Assembly: GCA_964593585.1 (NCBI GenBank)
Contig: CAZQIZ010000001.1
Span: 64,528-128,527, forward strand
From: an uncultured Ignavibacteria bacterium
GTDB lineage: Bacteria; Zixibacteria; MSB-5A5; WJJR01
Reading direction: 5' to 3'
Length of the DNA: 64,000 nt
How positions within the stretch are numbered: position 1 is the stretch's first letter; each line of letters begins with the position of its first letter. This document shows, piece by piece, positions 48,914 through 59,005 of the stretch. The notes beneath the pieces were generated by a model, which saw nothing but the letters and a program-made list of their open reading frames with translations, did not search any database and was not told the DNA's origin. The position numbers were made by a program, and so were the translations under genes.

Positions 48914-51184
48914 CTATGGGTTACAGGGATCGCAGAAATTGACGGCCGGGTCTTCGCCGCGGAAAGCGACTCCGACCACGCGGACCACGTCGATCACGCT
49001 GGTCGCCCCATCGCAATTGACGTCCGCGCGTCCCGCTGGATCGTGCGGGCAGGAGGCGTCGATCGTGGGTGTGGCGCCGCGAAAAGCGATGTTGACCGTC
49101 TCGATGACATCCAACACGTTGTCCGAGCCGTCGCACGAGGGATCGGCGTGGCAGGTGCAGTCGCAAGTGGTGTAGTTGACGGTCACCAAATGCGGCGGCG
49201 TGGTCGCGCTCTGCTGACCGTGCGCATCGGTGGAACGCAGCGTGTAGAAGTAGTCGCCCGGCGCCTTGCCTGTGACCGGGTAGGTGCTGGCTGGTGTCGC
49301 CGCTTCCAGTTCGACTTCAGAGGCAAAGGTCACGACCGGCGAAATGTTGTCGATCCAAACCCCATCCCACAGTTCGGCGCCGTCGGTCTCATAAGAGAAG
49401 CGGATGAGCACATCCTCGCCGGTGTACGAAGTCAGCGGAAACTTGGCCTCGACAAAATTGCCGCCCGAAGAGCCGGTGATGCCGTTACCGCGGTTGGTGC
49501 CATGCGGATTGGTGTTAGTGGTGATGTTTCCCGGCAGCGTGTACCAGTTCGCGCCGAAGTCATTGGACACCTCGGCGTAGGCGTAGTCCCAGTCGGTCTC
49601 GATGTTGTACCACATCCGCGCCCGCAGCGTGTCGCCCGCCGCCGGACGGTAGTAGTGGAGAGCGGTCTGTCGGGCCCGGCGGTTGTTGCTGGAGCCGCCC
49701 CAGAAACTCTCGGTGCTGTTGTAGCCGCGCGTCGGCGACAGACTGAACCCGCTGAGATTCCAGTGGCTGTCATCGTCGGAGAAGTCGGTGACTACCGAGC
49801 GGCCGACCAGTTCGGCCAGACGGAACGCGACCGCGCCATTGAGGCCGCCGGGGTCGGACCAAGTCAGCGTGTAGTCGGGAACTGTCACGGTGTCGGGGGA
49901 AACCCAGGTCGGCGTGACCGGCGGGAGAATCCGCTGTGGCGTGTCAGCCAGATCGATCAGAAGCAGGTTTCCCGGTATGTTCTCGTTGACCAGTGTCGGA
50001 ATGCGCGCCGGGTTCGGCCAGAACCCGTCGCTTCCCGAACCGACTTCCGGCGTAAACGACAGGATTCCTTCGGAAAAGTACATCCAGTCGTCCGAATCGC
50101 CGTTGGTCACATACAGCGCCCAGCCCGGCTGCGGGCTGTAGCCGTTGAAACTGGTCACCGAATCCCCGATTGCGCGAAACAGCGGCTCATCGGCGGAATA
50201 GAACTCATCATACCCCGGTGCCCAGAGAAACAGGTTGGAGAAGGAGTGGAAGTTGACCGCGATGACGAAGTTGCGGCTCTGCACGAAGTCGCGCACCAAT
50301 TGGAGCTCCGGTTCCGAGAAAGCGCTCGGACCGCGGTAGGTGTCGCTGGAAGGGTTGGGGGAGGAGCCAATATTGTCGAACCCCCACATGTGGGCGTAGT
50401 TGCGATTCAAGTCGGTGCCGTAGACGATCGTCGGGGTGGTCTGCACAATCCGACGGTTCTTGCGCCACATCCCGCCGCCGGTGGGGCTGATCATCTCATT
50501 ATAGAGGTAGCCGTCGGGGTTCAGGCAGGGCACCACATAGATTTCGCGCTCGTTGACCAACTGGGTGATGACCGGGTCGGTGCCGTAGTTGAACATCAGA
50601 GTTCGGATCGTGTGCAGGACCACTTCCAGGCCGATCGGCTCGCGCGCATGGTGCATCGCGGTAAACAGAATTTCCGGCTCGTTCTCATCGACGTCGGGGT
50701 TGTCGGAAATCTTGATCGCCCACAACGGATTGCCCTCATACGAATCGCCGAGGGAGAATTTGGCGGTGGTGATCGACGGATACGCGGTGTGGAAGGAGTC
50801 GAGTTTTGAGTTGAACCCGCCCACCGCCTCCATCCAGGTGAGGAAGCCGCCCATTGTGGCCGTCGACTTGGCGGCATAACTGGCGTACCAGTCGGGGTCC
50901 AGCACATCGAGCTTGTAGCCGTCGGCGCGCAATTGGTCCAGTTCATCGGCCGAGACCAGCACTGTGAACGCCCCGGCGGCGTAACTCGGATGATGTTCAA
51001 GAACGTCGACGCCGCGCGCCAGGGCCGCCTCGATCTGGCCCTTGCCGGTGATGTTCCAGCGGGCAACGATCTTCTTCTTCAAGAATTCCATGTCGGCGGC
51101 GTCCAGGGCCCACACGGATTCCACCGCGCCGGCCAGCGCCGCGACCACGGCCACCATGAACAACCCTACGCGTACACTGCTCAT
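48914..51184 (-). CDS. M14-family zinc carboxypeptidase with a C-terminal pair of dockerin-type repeats.
   Basis: Signal 'VGLFMVAVVAALAGA'. Zn ligands 'HAREP' with a downstream His and Glu. C-terminal 'DGSDNVLDVIETVNIAF...DVNCDGATSVIDVVRVVGVAF'. Confidence 0.8.
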   Translation of the reverse strand: MSSVRVGLFMVAVVAALAGAVESVWALDAADMEFLKKKIVARWNITGKGQIEAALARGVDVLEHHPSYAAGAFTVLVSADELDQLRADGYKLDVLDPDWYASYAAKSTATMGGFLTWMEAVGGFNSKLDSFHTAYPSITTAKFSLGDSYEGNPLWAIKISDNPDVDENEPEILFTAMHHAREPIGLEVVLHTIRTLMFNYGTDPVITQLVNEREIYVVPCLNPDGYLYNEMISPTGGGMWRKNRRIVQTTPTIVYGTDLNRNYAHMWGFDNIGSSPNPSSDTYRGPSAFSEPELQLVRDFVQSRNFVIAVNFHSFSNLFLWAPGYDEFYSADEPLFRAIGDSVTSFNGYSPQPGWALYVTNGDSDDWMYFSEGILSFTPEVGSGSDGFWPNPARIPTLVNENIPGNLLLIDLADTPQRILPPVTPTWVSPDTVTVPDYTLTWSDPGGLNGAVAFRLAELVGRSVVTDFSDDDSHWNLSGFSLSPTRGYNSTESFWGGSSNNRRARQTALHYYRPAAGDTLRARMWYNIETDWDYAYAEVSNDFGANWYTLPGNITTNTNPHGTNRGNGITGSSGGNFVEAKFPLTSYTGEDVLIRFSYETDGAELWDGVWIDNISPVVTFASEVELEAATPASTYPVTGKAPGDYFYTLRSTDAHGQQSATTPPHLVTVNYTTCDCTCHADPSCDGSDNVLDVIETVNIAFRGATPTIDASCPHDPAGRADVNCDGATSVIDVVRVVGVAFRGEDPAVNFCDPCNP

Positions 51185-51401
51185 GCACTCTCTCCCATCT
51201 GTACTTATTGTTATCGACACAACCGCACGAAATGTGGCGGGGGGAGCCGGGAAGTACGGAAACGCTGCTCCAAACCACCGTAAAGAACGGCCCCTCTACC
51301 GGCGGGCCGATACCGGTAAGATACGCCATTCGGGAAACATCACAAGCCGCCATTTTGTGCCGCTTGGACCCACCGGCGGCGTGTGATATCTTATTGTCAG
51401 A

Positions 51402-51887
51402 ATGACTGAACCGACGCCAAGCCATTACGATGACGCCGGGCGCGCCCGCATGGTCGATATCGGCGGCAAGTCGCCAAGTCGACGCACCGCGCGCGCCGAC
51501 GGGGAGCTGCGCATCGGCCCCGCCGCCGCCGCGCTCGACCAGGGCACTGTCCCCAAGGGAAACCCCTTCGAGGCGGCGCGGCTGGCCGGCATCGCCGCCG
51601 CCAAGAAGACCTCCGACTTGATCCCGCTTTGCCACCCCCTTCGGCTCAATGTCGTGGACATTGACATCACCCGTGCCCCGGGCGAGGCCGTCATCCGCGT
51701 CGCCGTTTCGGTCTCAGCCGACGAACGCACCGGCGTCGAGATGGAGGCGTTGACCGCCTGCAGCGTCGCGCTGCTGGTGATCTACGACATGCTCAAAGCG
51801 ATCGACAAGGGGATGGTGCTGGGTCCGATCCGACTGATCGAGAAGACCGGCGGCAAGACCGACTACACCGCGCCGCCGGCGCCGTGA
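51402..51887 (+). CDS. moaC: Cyclic pyranopterin monophosphate synthase accessory protein.
   Basis: 'MVDIGGKS', 'KGNPFEAARLAGIAAAKKTSDLIPLCHPL' and 'EMEALTACSVALLVIYDMLKA' are conserved MoaC blocks. Confidence 0.9.
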   Translation: MTEPTPSHYDDAGRARMVDIGGKSPSRRTARADGELRIGPAAAALDQGTVPKGNPFEAARLAGIAAAKKTSDLIPLCHPLRLNVVDIDITRAPGEAVIRVAVSVSADERTGVEMEALTACSVALLVIYDMLKAIDKGMVLGPIRLIEKTGGKTDYTAPPAP

Positions 51888-51890
51888 CGC

Positions 51891-52448
51891 TCAATTGACC
51901 GGAAGACCGATTTGCACAAAGCGCGGGTGGATGGCCCGGACATCGGGCGTCACCAGTTGCAGCGTGTTGTGCGGACGGATAAAGGTGGTGTTGGGAAGCA
52001 GGGGGTAGCTGACCTGGCCGGCGCGTGCGGTGAAGAATAAGCGCGCGATGCCTCCCGATCCGGGCGCCAACGGCGGCCGATTCCCGCCCAGATCGGAGAT
52101 CAACCCGATCAGCACGGTTTGCATTGTGGTATCGACACGGAAGGTCTTCAGGGCAAAATACTCCGTGCGCAGCCCAAGGTAGTTGGCCGAGTCGATCCGA
52201 TAGACCGGCCGTCCCTGCCCCCAAGACAGCGGCAATGTCAACGCCGCGACCGGTCCGGGATTGTCCAGACTGACCAGCACTTCCCAGTGAAGGGAATCGG
52301 TACGGTCGGTCTGTACGGTGACCACATACGAGGTCTCAGCCGGCGGCGGCGACTGCGCCGCGGCCGGATCCGCCGCGCACAGCGCCAGCGTCAGACCCAA
52401 GAGCAACCCCAACGTGTGGAATCCATCGCGGTGACGCATCGGTCTCAT
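51891..52448 (-). CDS. Hypothetical secreted protein.
   Basis: Signal peptide 'GLLLGLTLALCAADPAAAQ'. No recognisable domain. The start could be 52448 or 52439. Confidence 0.4.
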   Translation of the reverse strand: MRPMRHRDGFHTLGLLLGLTLALCAADPAAAQSPPPAETSYVVTVQTDRTDSLHWEVLVSLDNPGPVAALTLPLSWGQGRPVYRIDSANYLGLRTEYFALKTFRVDTTMQTVLIGLISDLGGNRPPLAPGSGGIARLFFTARAGQVSYPLLPNTTFIRPHNTLQLVTPDVRAIHPRFVQIGLPVN

Positions 52449-52491
52449 CGTACCCCATACTACATTCGGGGGCGGCAAAAGGTTGGCCAGT

Positions 52492-54531
52492 TTATTGCGA
52501 CGTTGACGTCCGGTCAAGCGCCGCCTGATCCGCTGCGTCACGGTCCGGCGACGGCAATTGGCTCAGTCCCTGCCCGGATGAACGCCCGCGCCGTTTGCGC
52601 TCGCCGGCGTCGGAGTGGATCGTCAACGCCCGCTGGAACAACTCACGGGCACGATCATAATGTCCGCGGGTGTCGTAGAAGATGCCGGCGCGATACAAAC
52701 TGGCGACGTAGACCCGTTGCGCGTCGAAGTCGCGACGGATCGCCTCGGTGGCGTTGAAGAAACGCGACTGACGTTCAAAATCTTCCTGCTGACGAATCAT
52801 CCGCGCGTCGACCTGCGGCACCGAATCGGGCGACACGCGGAAGAAGTGGCCGGCCGGAATGAGGTGGTAGATCAGGCGCATCGAGGTCTCGGTGAATTCC
52901 CAATACACCGGCGCCCCGGCTTGCGCCAACTGGATTGCCCAGCGATCGACATAAAGCCGCGTCGTGTCGGCCGGGATCGCGATCGCCGCCAAATCGGGGA
53001 ACTGGCGAAAGACCCAGTCGCGATACCAGGCCGCCGGCAACAAGTCACGGTTGATGACGCGCACATCGGGGCGCCAGTGGTCGCAATATTGCAGTCCGCG
53101 CAGGACAAAGTCGATGTTGGCGTCGGAGACAAACACCGTCGCGCTCGGCTGCAGATCGGCGGTGGCCTCGGTGCCGTAATCGTAGGCCAGGCGGTGATCG
53201 ACCAGATTGCAGTAAGGCGCATTGATCACCAGCGGGGCGGCACCCAGAAGCGCCAGCGAGCCCAAGGCCGCGGTGGCCACCGCCATCCGCAACCCGCGGG
53301 TCGGCATCGGCAGATGCAGATAGCTGAACGCCACGATCAACGACGCGATGCCGGCCGCCACCAGAAAGCCGACCATCGTCAGCGCCGCCAGCAGATAGCC
53401 GTGGATGTCGGGATTGGTCTCATTGAAGTCGCTCACCAGCAGCGCGGTGACCGCGACGTTGCCGAGGATGACAAGCAGCGTCAGGATCGCCCAGCGGCGC
53501 GATTTGCGCCACAGGCTCACAATCCCGGCCGCGGTCAGGACCGCGATGCCCCACTGCAACTCATCCAAAAGCAGCGCGAAGGACTTCAGCGCATGCGTGA
53601 AGAAGACTCCGACCCGAGTGGCGAAGACCTCATCCAGGGCATCGACCCCGACAACCCCGCCCCACCCCGGCGATGGCGCGCTCGCAGCCCAGCCCCAGTT
53701 GAGCGGCGGATTGGCGGCGGCACGGATCGGCAGGTACAGATACACCGAAAGCCCGATGAGAAACATGAGCAGCGCGCCCATCCAAAGCCAAAGGCCGGTC
53801 TGGGCACGGCGCATTAGCAGCGCGAAGAAGATCGCGAACGCCGGCAGGGTGGAGGCGAAGGTTGCATTGTGCAACCCCAGCCCCAATCCGGCCACCAGCC
53901 CTGCCGCCAGCACCCAGCGGGACAGTTGCGGATCGCCGCGACGTGCGGCACGGTCAGCGCCCGCCGCCAGCGCCAGCATCAGGCAGACCGCCAGAAGGGT
54001 CGGCGCATAGACCTCGGCACGCGCCGCCTGCATCCACAGCGTGTAGGTCCCACCAATCGTGGTCAACGCCACCGCGATTGGCAGGACAATCTCCCACCAG
54101 GCGGCCTTGCGCCACCAATGGGCAAAGAGCGTGTGCCAGACATAGGCCAAAAAGCCCAGTCCGGTCGCCGCCGACAGCGCCGAGAGAAAATTGACGCGAT
54201 AGAAGATGTCCCCGAACGGCGACAGCGAGAAGACCCGTCCGATCAGCACATACAGCGGAAATCCCGGACGGTGCGGAATGCCGAGCACATGGGCATTGGC
54301 GGCCAGCTCGCCGGTGTCCCACCAGAACACCGTCCGGCACATCGTCGCGACATACAAAAGCAGCCCGACGATGAAGACAATCGTGGCCAGAAGCCAGGCC
54401 GCGTTGGTGGAGCGCTCGCGGTCCCGGTGCAACTCTTCCAGCGAAGGCGAGTACGACGCAAAGGTGTCAGACAACGGTCGGCGCTCCCGGTTGGGCCGTC
54501 TGCGGCCATTTCCCGCCGGCGAAACCGGCAT
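52492..54531 (-). CDS. DUF2723-family (GT-C fold, PMT/TMEM260-like) polytopic membrane glycosyltransferase-like protein with a C-terminal TPR region.
   Basis: N-terminal 'TVFWWDTGELAANAHVLGIPHRPGFPLYVLIGRVF' is characteristic of DUF2723. More than 10 TM helices. C-terminal 'YRAGIFYDTRGHYDRARELFQRALTIH' is TPR-like. Confidence 0.6.
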   Translation of the reverse strand: MPVSPAGNGRRRPNRERRPLSDTFASYSPSLEELHRDRERSTNAAWLLATIVFIVGLLLYVATMCRTVFWWDTGELAANAHVLGIPHRPGFPLYVLIGRVFSLSPFGDIFYRVNFLSALSAATGLGFLAYVWHTLFAHWWRKAAWWEIVLPIAVALTTIGGTYTLWMQAARAEVYAPTLLAVCLMLALAAGADRAARRGDPQLSRWVLAAGLVAGLGLGLHNATFASTLPAFAIFFALLMRRAQTGLWLWMGALLMFLIGLSVYLYLPIRAAANPPLNWGWAASAPSPGWGGVVGVDALDEVFATRVGVFFTHALKSFALLLDELQWGIAVLTAAGIVSLWRKSRRWAILTLLVILGNVAVTALLVSDFNETNPDIHGYLLAALTMVGFLVAAGIASLIVAFSYLHLPMPTRGLRMAVATAALGSLALLGAAPLVINAPYCNLVDHRLAYDYGTEATADLQPSATVFVSDANIDFVLRGLQYCDHWRPDVRVINRDLLPAAWYRDWVFRQFPDLAAIAIPADTTRLYVDRWAIQLAQAGAPVYWEFTETSMRLIYHLIPAGHFFRVSPDSVPQVDARMIRQQEDFERQSRFFNATEAIRRDFDAQRVYVASLYRAGIFYDTRGHYDRARELFQRALTIHSDAGERKRRGRSSGQGLSQLPSPDRDAADQAALDRTSTSQ

Positions 54532-54631
54532 CTCCTCTATTATCGGACAAATTGCCGCCGGGGTTTGCGCCTTTGTGTTGGACGTTGATCTTTTGCCGCC
54601 TTAGGGTATTATCCCTGCGGAGCCCATCCCC

Positions 54632-56665
54632 ATGCCCGCCGCCGATCCCGACTCCCGCCCCTGGCCCCGGATTGTCCGCATCCGTCCGATCGTTGCCACC
54701 ATCGGGGTCATCGGCCTGATCCTTGCGCTTCTATTTCTCACGTGGGCTACCTTGGGCGTGAGAAGCATGCGCCAGGCCCTGGTGGCCGAGACCGAACGCC
54801 AGTCGCTGGCGCTTCTCCAATCGCTGATTCTCGCCTCGCAATACTCCCTGGCCACCGGGACATTGGTCGAACGGCTTGAGCGTGAGACCCAGGCCGAACG
54901 GGCCCGCACGCTCCTGGAGCAACTGGCGCCGGCGCGGATCGACCGACGCGCGCTGGCCTCGCTGGCGGCCACGCTTGACGTCGATGGCATCAGCGTCTGG
55001 ACAGGGGGAGAGGTCGTTGCCGCCCCGGAGGACCTGTCGCATCTGATCGCCGCAGATGCATCCCTGCACCCCGATGCCTGGATGCAGACCGATGAAACCG
55101 TGTCGCTGCAGCTGCGCGACAGTCTTGAGCAAGTCCGCTGGCATGGGATCGGATTCCTTTCCCGTGGCGGCGCGGTGGCGCTCTGGAACCTGCCGCGCCC
55201 CGGCAGCGCCGCCTCGATTTCCGGAGTCGGTGAACTGATTCAGGAAATCGGGCGGCAGTCAGGCATCAACTATATTGTCCTGCAAGCCCCTGATGGGATT
55301 GTCTTTGCCTCGCGTCCCTTAAAGCCGCTGTTGAAGTTGGCCGCCGACAGTTTCTTGGTCGCGGTGCTGGAGAGCGATGCTCCCTCCACCCGCGAGATCA
55401 TCTTCGAAGGCACCCCGGTGGTCGAGGCCGCCGCCCCGTTTCTTTCCACCGACCTGCCCTCCGGGATGTTCCGTGTCGGCCTGAGTCTGACCGCGGTCGA
55501 CAACGCAGTGGACCGACTGACCCTGCAATTTGGTCTCACCGCGCTCCTGCTGATTCTCTTTTCGACCGCCGTCAGCGCCTTTGTGGTCGTGCGACGGTCG
55601 CTGCGGGCGCTGGGGCAATCGTATCGCGAAGTGGAGACACTGACCGGACGCGTCCTCGATGCCATCGATCAGGCGGTGATCGCCGTCGATGGCGAGGGGC
55701 GGCTGACAATCCTCAATCCGACCGGCGAGCGTTGGTTCGGAGTGGCCATCGCCAACATCCGCGGCCAGCGATTCGACATCGCCCTGCCCGCCCCCTTTGG
55801 TTTGGACGAGGCGATGACCTCGGCGCGTCCCTTGCGCGACCGGGAAGTGCAATGCCGCACTGCGCGCGGCGAACGAACGTTCGTCTACTCGGCGACCGCG
55901 CTGGTCACCAGCCAGGGGAACCGTGTCGGCGCGGTGGCGGTGGTGCGCGACGAGACCGACGCGCGGGCAATGGCCTTGCAGGTACGCCGTGCCGAGCGTC
56001 TCTCCGCCATGGGTCAGTTGGCCGCCGGAGTCGCCCATGAGATACGCAATCCGTTAAACGCGATCGCGCTGGCCTCGCAGCAGCTGAAACTCGAACTTTC
56101 CGGCTCGCAGAATGCATCCTTCGCCGACACGATCTGGAACGAATCCAAGCGGTTGAACACGATAGTGGAGGACTTCCTTTCACTGGCACGGCCCTCCGGC
56201 CAGCCGCGCAGGACCGTTGACCTCGGTGAATTGACCTGCGAGATCACCCAGATGGCGCGTTTGGAGGCCGACAAGGTTCCCGTCGAACTCAGAGTATCGT
56301 TGGCCGACGGTTGCAAGGTTGACGGCGTCGCCGACGAACTGCGCAAGGCGGTCTGGAATCTGTTGCGCAACGCCCTGGCCGCCACGCCGTCCGGTGGAAC
56401 AATTGAAGTCGCTGTTGAACCGGTCGACGGCCAGGTCCGGTTGACCATCGACGACACCGGTTCGGGTATTGCGCCCGAGGCGCTGGCGCGCGTCTTTGAA
56501 CCCTGGTTCACCACTCGCGCCGGCGGCACCGGATTAGGGCTGGCAATCACGCACCGGATTGTGCAGGATCATGGCGGCACCATCGATCTGCTCTCGCCGG
56601 TTCCCGGTCGTGAGCATGGCACCCGGGCGCTGGTGAAACTGCCGCCGGCAGCCGACAACAAATAG
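54632..56665 (+). CDS. Sensor histidine kinase (2 TM helices, periplasmic sensor, PAS, HisKA, HATPase_c). No cognate response regulator is adjacent.
   Basis: H-box 'MGQLAAGVAHEIRNPLNAI'. N-box 'LLRNALAA'. G1 'DDTGSGI'. G2 'GGTGLGLAI'. Confidence 0.85.
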   Translation: MPAADPDSRPWPRIVRIRPIVATIGVIGLILALLFLTWATLGVRSMRQALVAETERQSLALLQSLILASQYSLATGTLVERLERETQAERARTLLEQLAPARIDRRALASLAATLDVDGISVWTGGEVVAAPEDLSHLIAADASLHPDAWMQTDETVSLQLRDSLEQVRWHGIGFLSRGGAVALWNLPRPGSAASISGVGELIQEIGRQSGINYIVLQAPDGIVFASRPLKPLLKLAADSFLVAVLESDAPSTREIIFEGTPVVEAAAPFLSTDLPSGMFRVGLSLTAVDNAVDRLTLQFGLTALLLILFSTAVSAFVVVRRSLRALGQSYREVETLTGRVLDAIDQAVIAVDGEGRLTILNPTGERWFGVAIANIRGQRFDIALPAPFGLDEAMTSARPLRDREVQCRTARGERTFVYSATALVTSQGNRVGAVAVVRDETDARAMALQVRRAERLSAMGQLAAGVAHEIRNPLNAIALASQQLKLELSGSQNASFADTIWNESKRLNTIVEDFLSLARPSGQPRRTVDLGELTCEITQMARLEADKVPVELRVSLADGCKVDGVADELRKAVWNLLRNALAATPSGGTIEVAVEPVDGQVRLTIDDTGSGIAPEALARVFEPWFTTRAGGTGLGLAITHRIVQDHGGTIDLLSPVPGREHGTRALVKLPPAADNK

Positions 56666-56669
56666 ACCG

Positions 56670-57881
56670 ATGACGATGCTCATCTTTCGCAGCGCCGGCG
56701 AATCCCACGGCCCCCAGTTGACCGGTATCCTCGAAGGCATGCCCTCTGGCTTGCGTGTCGATTTCGACCGTCTGGCCCACGATCTGGCTGAACGGCAGAA
56801 GGGATTCGGACGCGGCGGACGGATGAAAATCGAGCAGGACCGCTGCCAGATCACCGCCGGGGTCCGTCATGGGATGACGCTCGGCTCCCCGATCGCCTTC
56901 CGCATCGAGAACCGGGACTGGGCCAACTGGCAGTCGGCGATGGCGGTGACCGAGGAGCGTCCGGCGCCCAGCAGCGACCGTGAGGCCGAACTGTCCCGTC
57001 CGCGCACCGTACCGCGTCCGGGGCATGCCGATCTGGCCGGCGCGCAGAAGCACCATTGGGCCGATCTGCGCAATGTCCTCGAACGCGCCTCCGCCCGCGA
57101 AACCGCCGTCCGCGTGGCCGCCGGCGCCTTCGCCAAGATGCTTCTGTCCGAATTCGGCGTGGAGACCGCCTGCCATGTCGTACGGATCGGCGGTGTGGCG
57201 CTGCCGCCGACGACTTTGACCGTCGCCGAGATCCGTTCACGCACCGCCGATTCGGAGGTGCGCTGTGTCGACCCCGCGGTTTCGGCGGCGATGTGCGAGG
57301 AGATCCGTCAGGCGGCCGCCTCCGCCGACACGCTCGGCGGTGTGATGGAAGTCGTCATCGAAGGCGTTGCGCCGGGGCTGGGCGATCACACGCAGTGGAA
57401 CACCAAACTCGATGGCCAATTCGCGCAGGCGTTGATGTCGGTGCATTCGATCAAGGCGGTGGAAATCGGCGATGGTGTCGCGCAGACGGCCCGGCGCGGA
57501 TCAACCGTGCACGACGAAATCCATTACGATCCTTCACGTGCGCCGCTGGCCTCCGGCTTTTACCGCGCCACCAACCGCGCCGGCGGGCTGGAGGGGGGGC
57601 TGTCCAACGGCGCCCCGATCATCCTGCGCGCCTACGCCAAGCCGATCTCCACGCTCAATAAGCCATTGGCCTCGGCCGACATTCATACCAAGACTGCCGC
57701 CGCTGCCTTCGTCGAGCGTTCCGACATCTGCTCGGTGCCGGCGGCGGCGATCGTCTGCGAGGCGATGGCGGCCCTGACGTTGGCCGATGCCTATCTAACC
57801 GCCTTCGGCGCCGGGGCGCTGTCCGATTTGCGCGAACGCCTGCGAATCTATCGTTCCCGGATCGACTGTTTCGACGTATAA
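56670..57881 (+). CDS. aroC: Chorismate synthase.
   Basis: 'FRSAGESHGPQLTGILEGMPSGL' and 'GRSSARETA'-like 'ERASARETAVRVAAGA' blocks. Length 403 aa. Confidence 0.9.
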   Translation: MTMLIFRSAGESHGPQLTGILEGMPSGLRVDFDRLAHDLAERQKGFGRGGRMKIEQDRCQITAGVRHGMTLGSPIAFRIENRDWANWQSAMAVTEERPAPSSDREAELSRPRTVPRPGHADLAGAQKHHWADLRNVLERASARETAVRVAAGAFAKMLLSEFGVETACHVVRIGGVALPPTTLTVAEIRSRTADSEVRCVDPAVSAAMCEEIRQAAASADTLGGVMEVVIEGVAPGLGDHTQWNTKLDGQFAQALMSVHSIKAVEIGDGVAQTARRGSTVHDEIHYDPSRAPLASGFYRATNRAGGLEGGLSNGAPIILRAYAKPISTLNKPLASADIHTKTAAAAFVERSDICSVPAAAIVCEAMAALTLADAYLTAFGAGALSDLRERLRIYRSRIDCFDV

Positions 57882-57952
57882 TCGCCGGTACTTGTCCTGA
57901 TTGCGGCGGACAACAGGTCGCCGCCGGCTGCTCGATTGTCGAAAGGAGCAAC

Positions 57953-58981
57953 GTGAGCGAACGTCTCTTTGCGCCCCTGCTGGTGGGCAACCAGCCGAAG
58001 ATTTTTGATGACCGGCGACGCGCCGGCGCCGAATTCAACCTGCGGCTGGCGCGCAACCGCCTCGACAAGGGCGCGATCACCCCGGCTGAGTTTGAGCAGG
58101 TGGTGGAGCGTACCATCAAAGCGGTCGTCGACGATCAGATCGCCTGCGGCTTCGAACGCGTCACCGACGGCCGCATTCGCTGGGATGATCCGGTGACCCC
58201 GTTTGCCGTCGCGCACGACGGCTTTGTCATCGGCGGGCTCATCCGCTTTTTCGACAACAACGTCTACTACCGCCGCCCGACCATTTCCGGTCCGGTGCGG
58301 TTTGTGCGCTCCGCGGTCATCGACGACTTCCGTCTCCTGCGCCGTCTGACCGACCGACCCGTGATGCCGTCAGTCTGCGGGCCGTTTTCGCTGGCGCGCT
58401 TCTGCATCGATGAGAATTACGGCGGACGCAAGGCGCTCTACGACGACTGCGCCCGTCTGGTGCGCGGCGAACTCGAGGCGCTGGCCGCCGCAGGCGCGGA
58501 TTGGGTGCAACTGGATGAGCCGTTCCTTTCGGTCCACCCCGATGATCTCGGCGTCGCCGTCGATGCCATCAACGCCGCCATCAGCGGCGTGGGCGTCAAG
58601 ACTCTCGTCTACACCTACTTCGGATCATTGGCACGTGTGGCCGACCGTGTCTGGGACATTAACGCCCAGGCCATTGGCGCCGATTGCGCGACCGCTCCGG
58701 AGAACTTCGACATTCTCCTGCGGGGGCCGCACACGCTCGGCCGCGCCTTCGGCCTGGTCGATGCGCGCTCCACCCGGATGGAAAGCTCCGACTGGCTGCA
58801 GCAACGATTGGACGCGCTTGCCGATGCCGGCGCCGCCCACTGGCCGGTCTGCTGGATCACTCCGTCGGCGGCGCTGGAATTTCTGCCCTCCAAGAACGCC
58901 ATCGCCAAGATGCGCCTAATCGGCGATGCGGTCGCCCAGTTTGCGCCCGCGCGCATCGAAGAAACCGTCGATCGACCCTGA
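57953..58981 (+). CDS. MetE N-terminal (folate-binding, UroD/MetE-fold) domain protein. First half of a split cobalamin-independent methionine synthase.
   Basis: Collinear with the E. coli MetE N-domain: 'LLVGNQPKI' ~ 'LLLGNVPAR', 'FFDNNVYYRRP' ~ 'WFNTNYHYMVP', 'WVQLDEPFL' ~ 'WVQIDEPAL', 'LVYTYFGSL' ~ 'LLLTTYFEGV'. Lacks the Zn ligands. Confidence 0.55.
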   Translation: MSERLFAPLLVGNQPKIFDDRRRAGAEFNLRLARNRLDKGAITPAEFEQVVERTIKAVVDDQIACGFERVTDGRIRWDDPVTPFAVAHDGFVIGGLIRFFDNNVYYRRPTISGPVRFVRSAVIDDFRLLRRLTDRPVMPSVCGPFSLARFCIDENYGGRKALYDDCARLVRGELEALAAAGADWVQLDEPFLSVHPDDLGVAVDAINAAISGVGVKTLVYTYFGSLARVADRVWDINAQAIGADCATAPENFDILLRGPHTLGRAFGLVDARSTRMESSDWLQQRLDALADAGAAHWPVCWITPSAALEFLPSKNAIAKMRLIGDAVAQFAPARIEETVDRP

Positions 58982-59005
58982 CCCTCAGACAAAGCGAGCC
59001 AATGG

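Noticed and set aside
48695-50809. 704-aa plus-strand ORF antisense to the M14 carboxypeptidase.
   Set aside because: The minus-strand frame has a signal peptide, HxxE zinc motif and dockerin repeats. The plus-strand translation is low-complexity.
52615-53817. 400-aa plus-strand ORF antisense to the DUF2723 membrane protein.
   Set aside because: His/Arg/Asp/Gln-rich low-complexity sequence; the minus strand encodes a coherent polytopic membrane protein.
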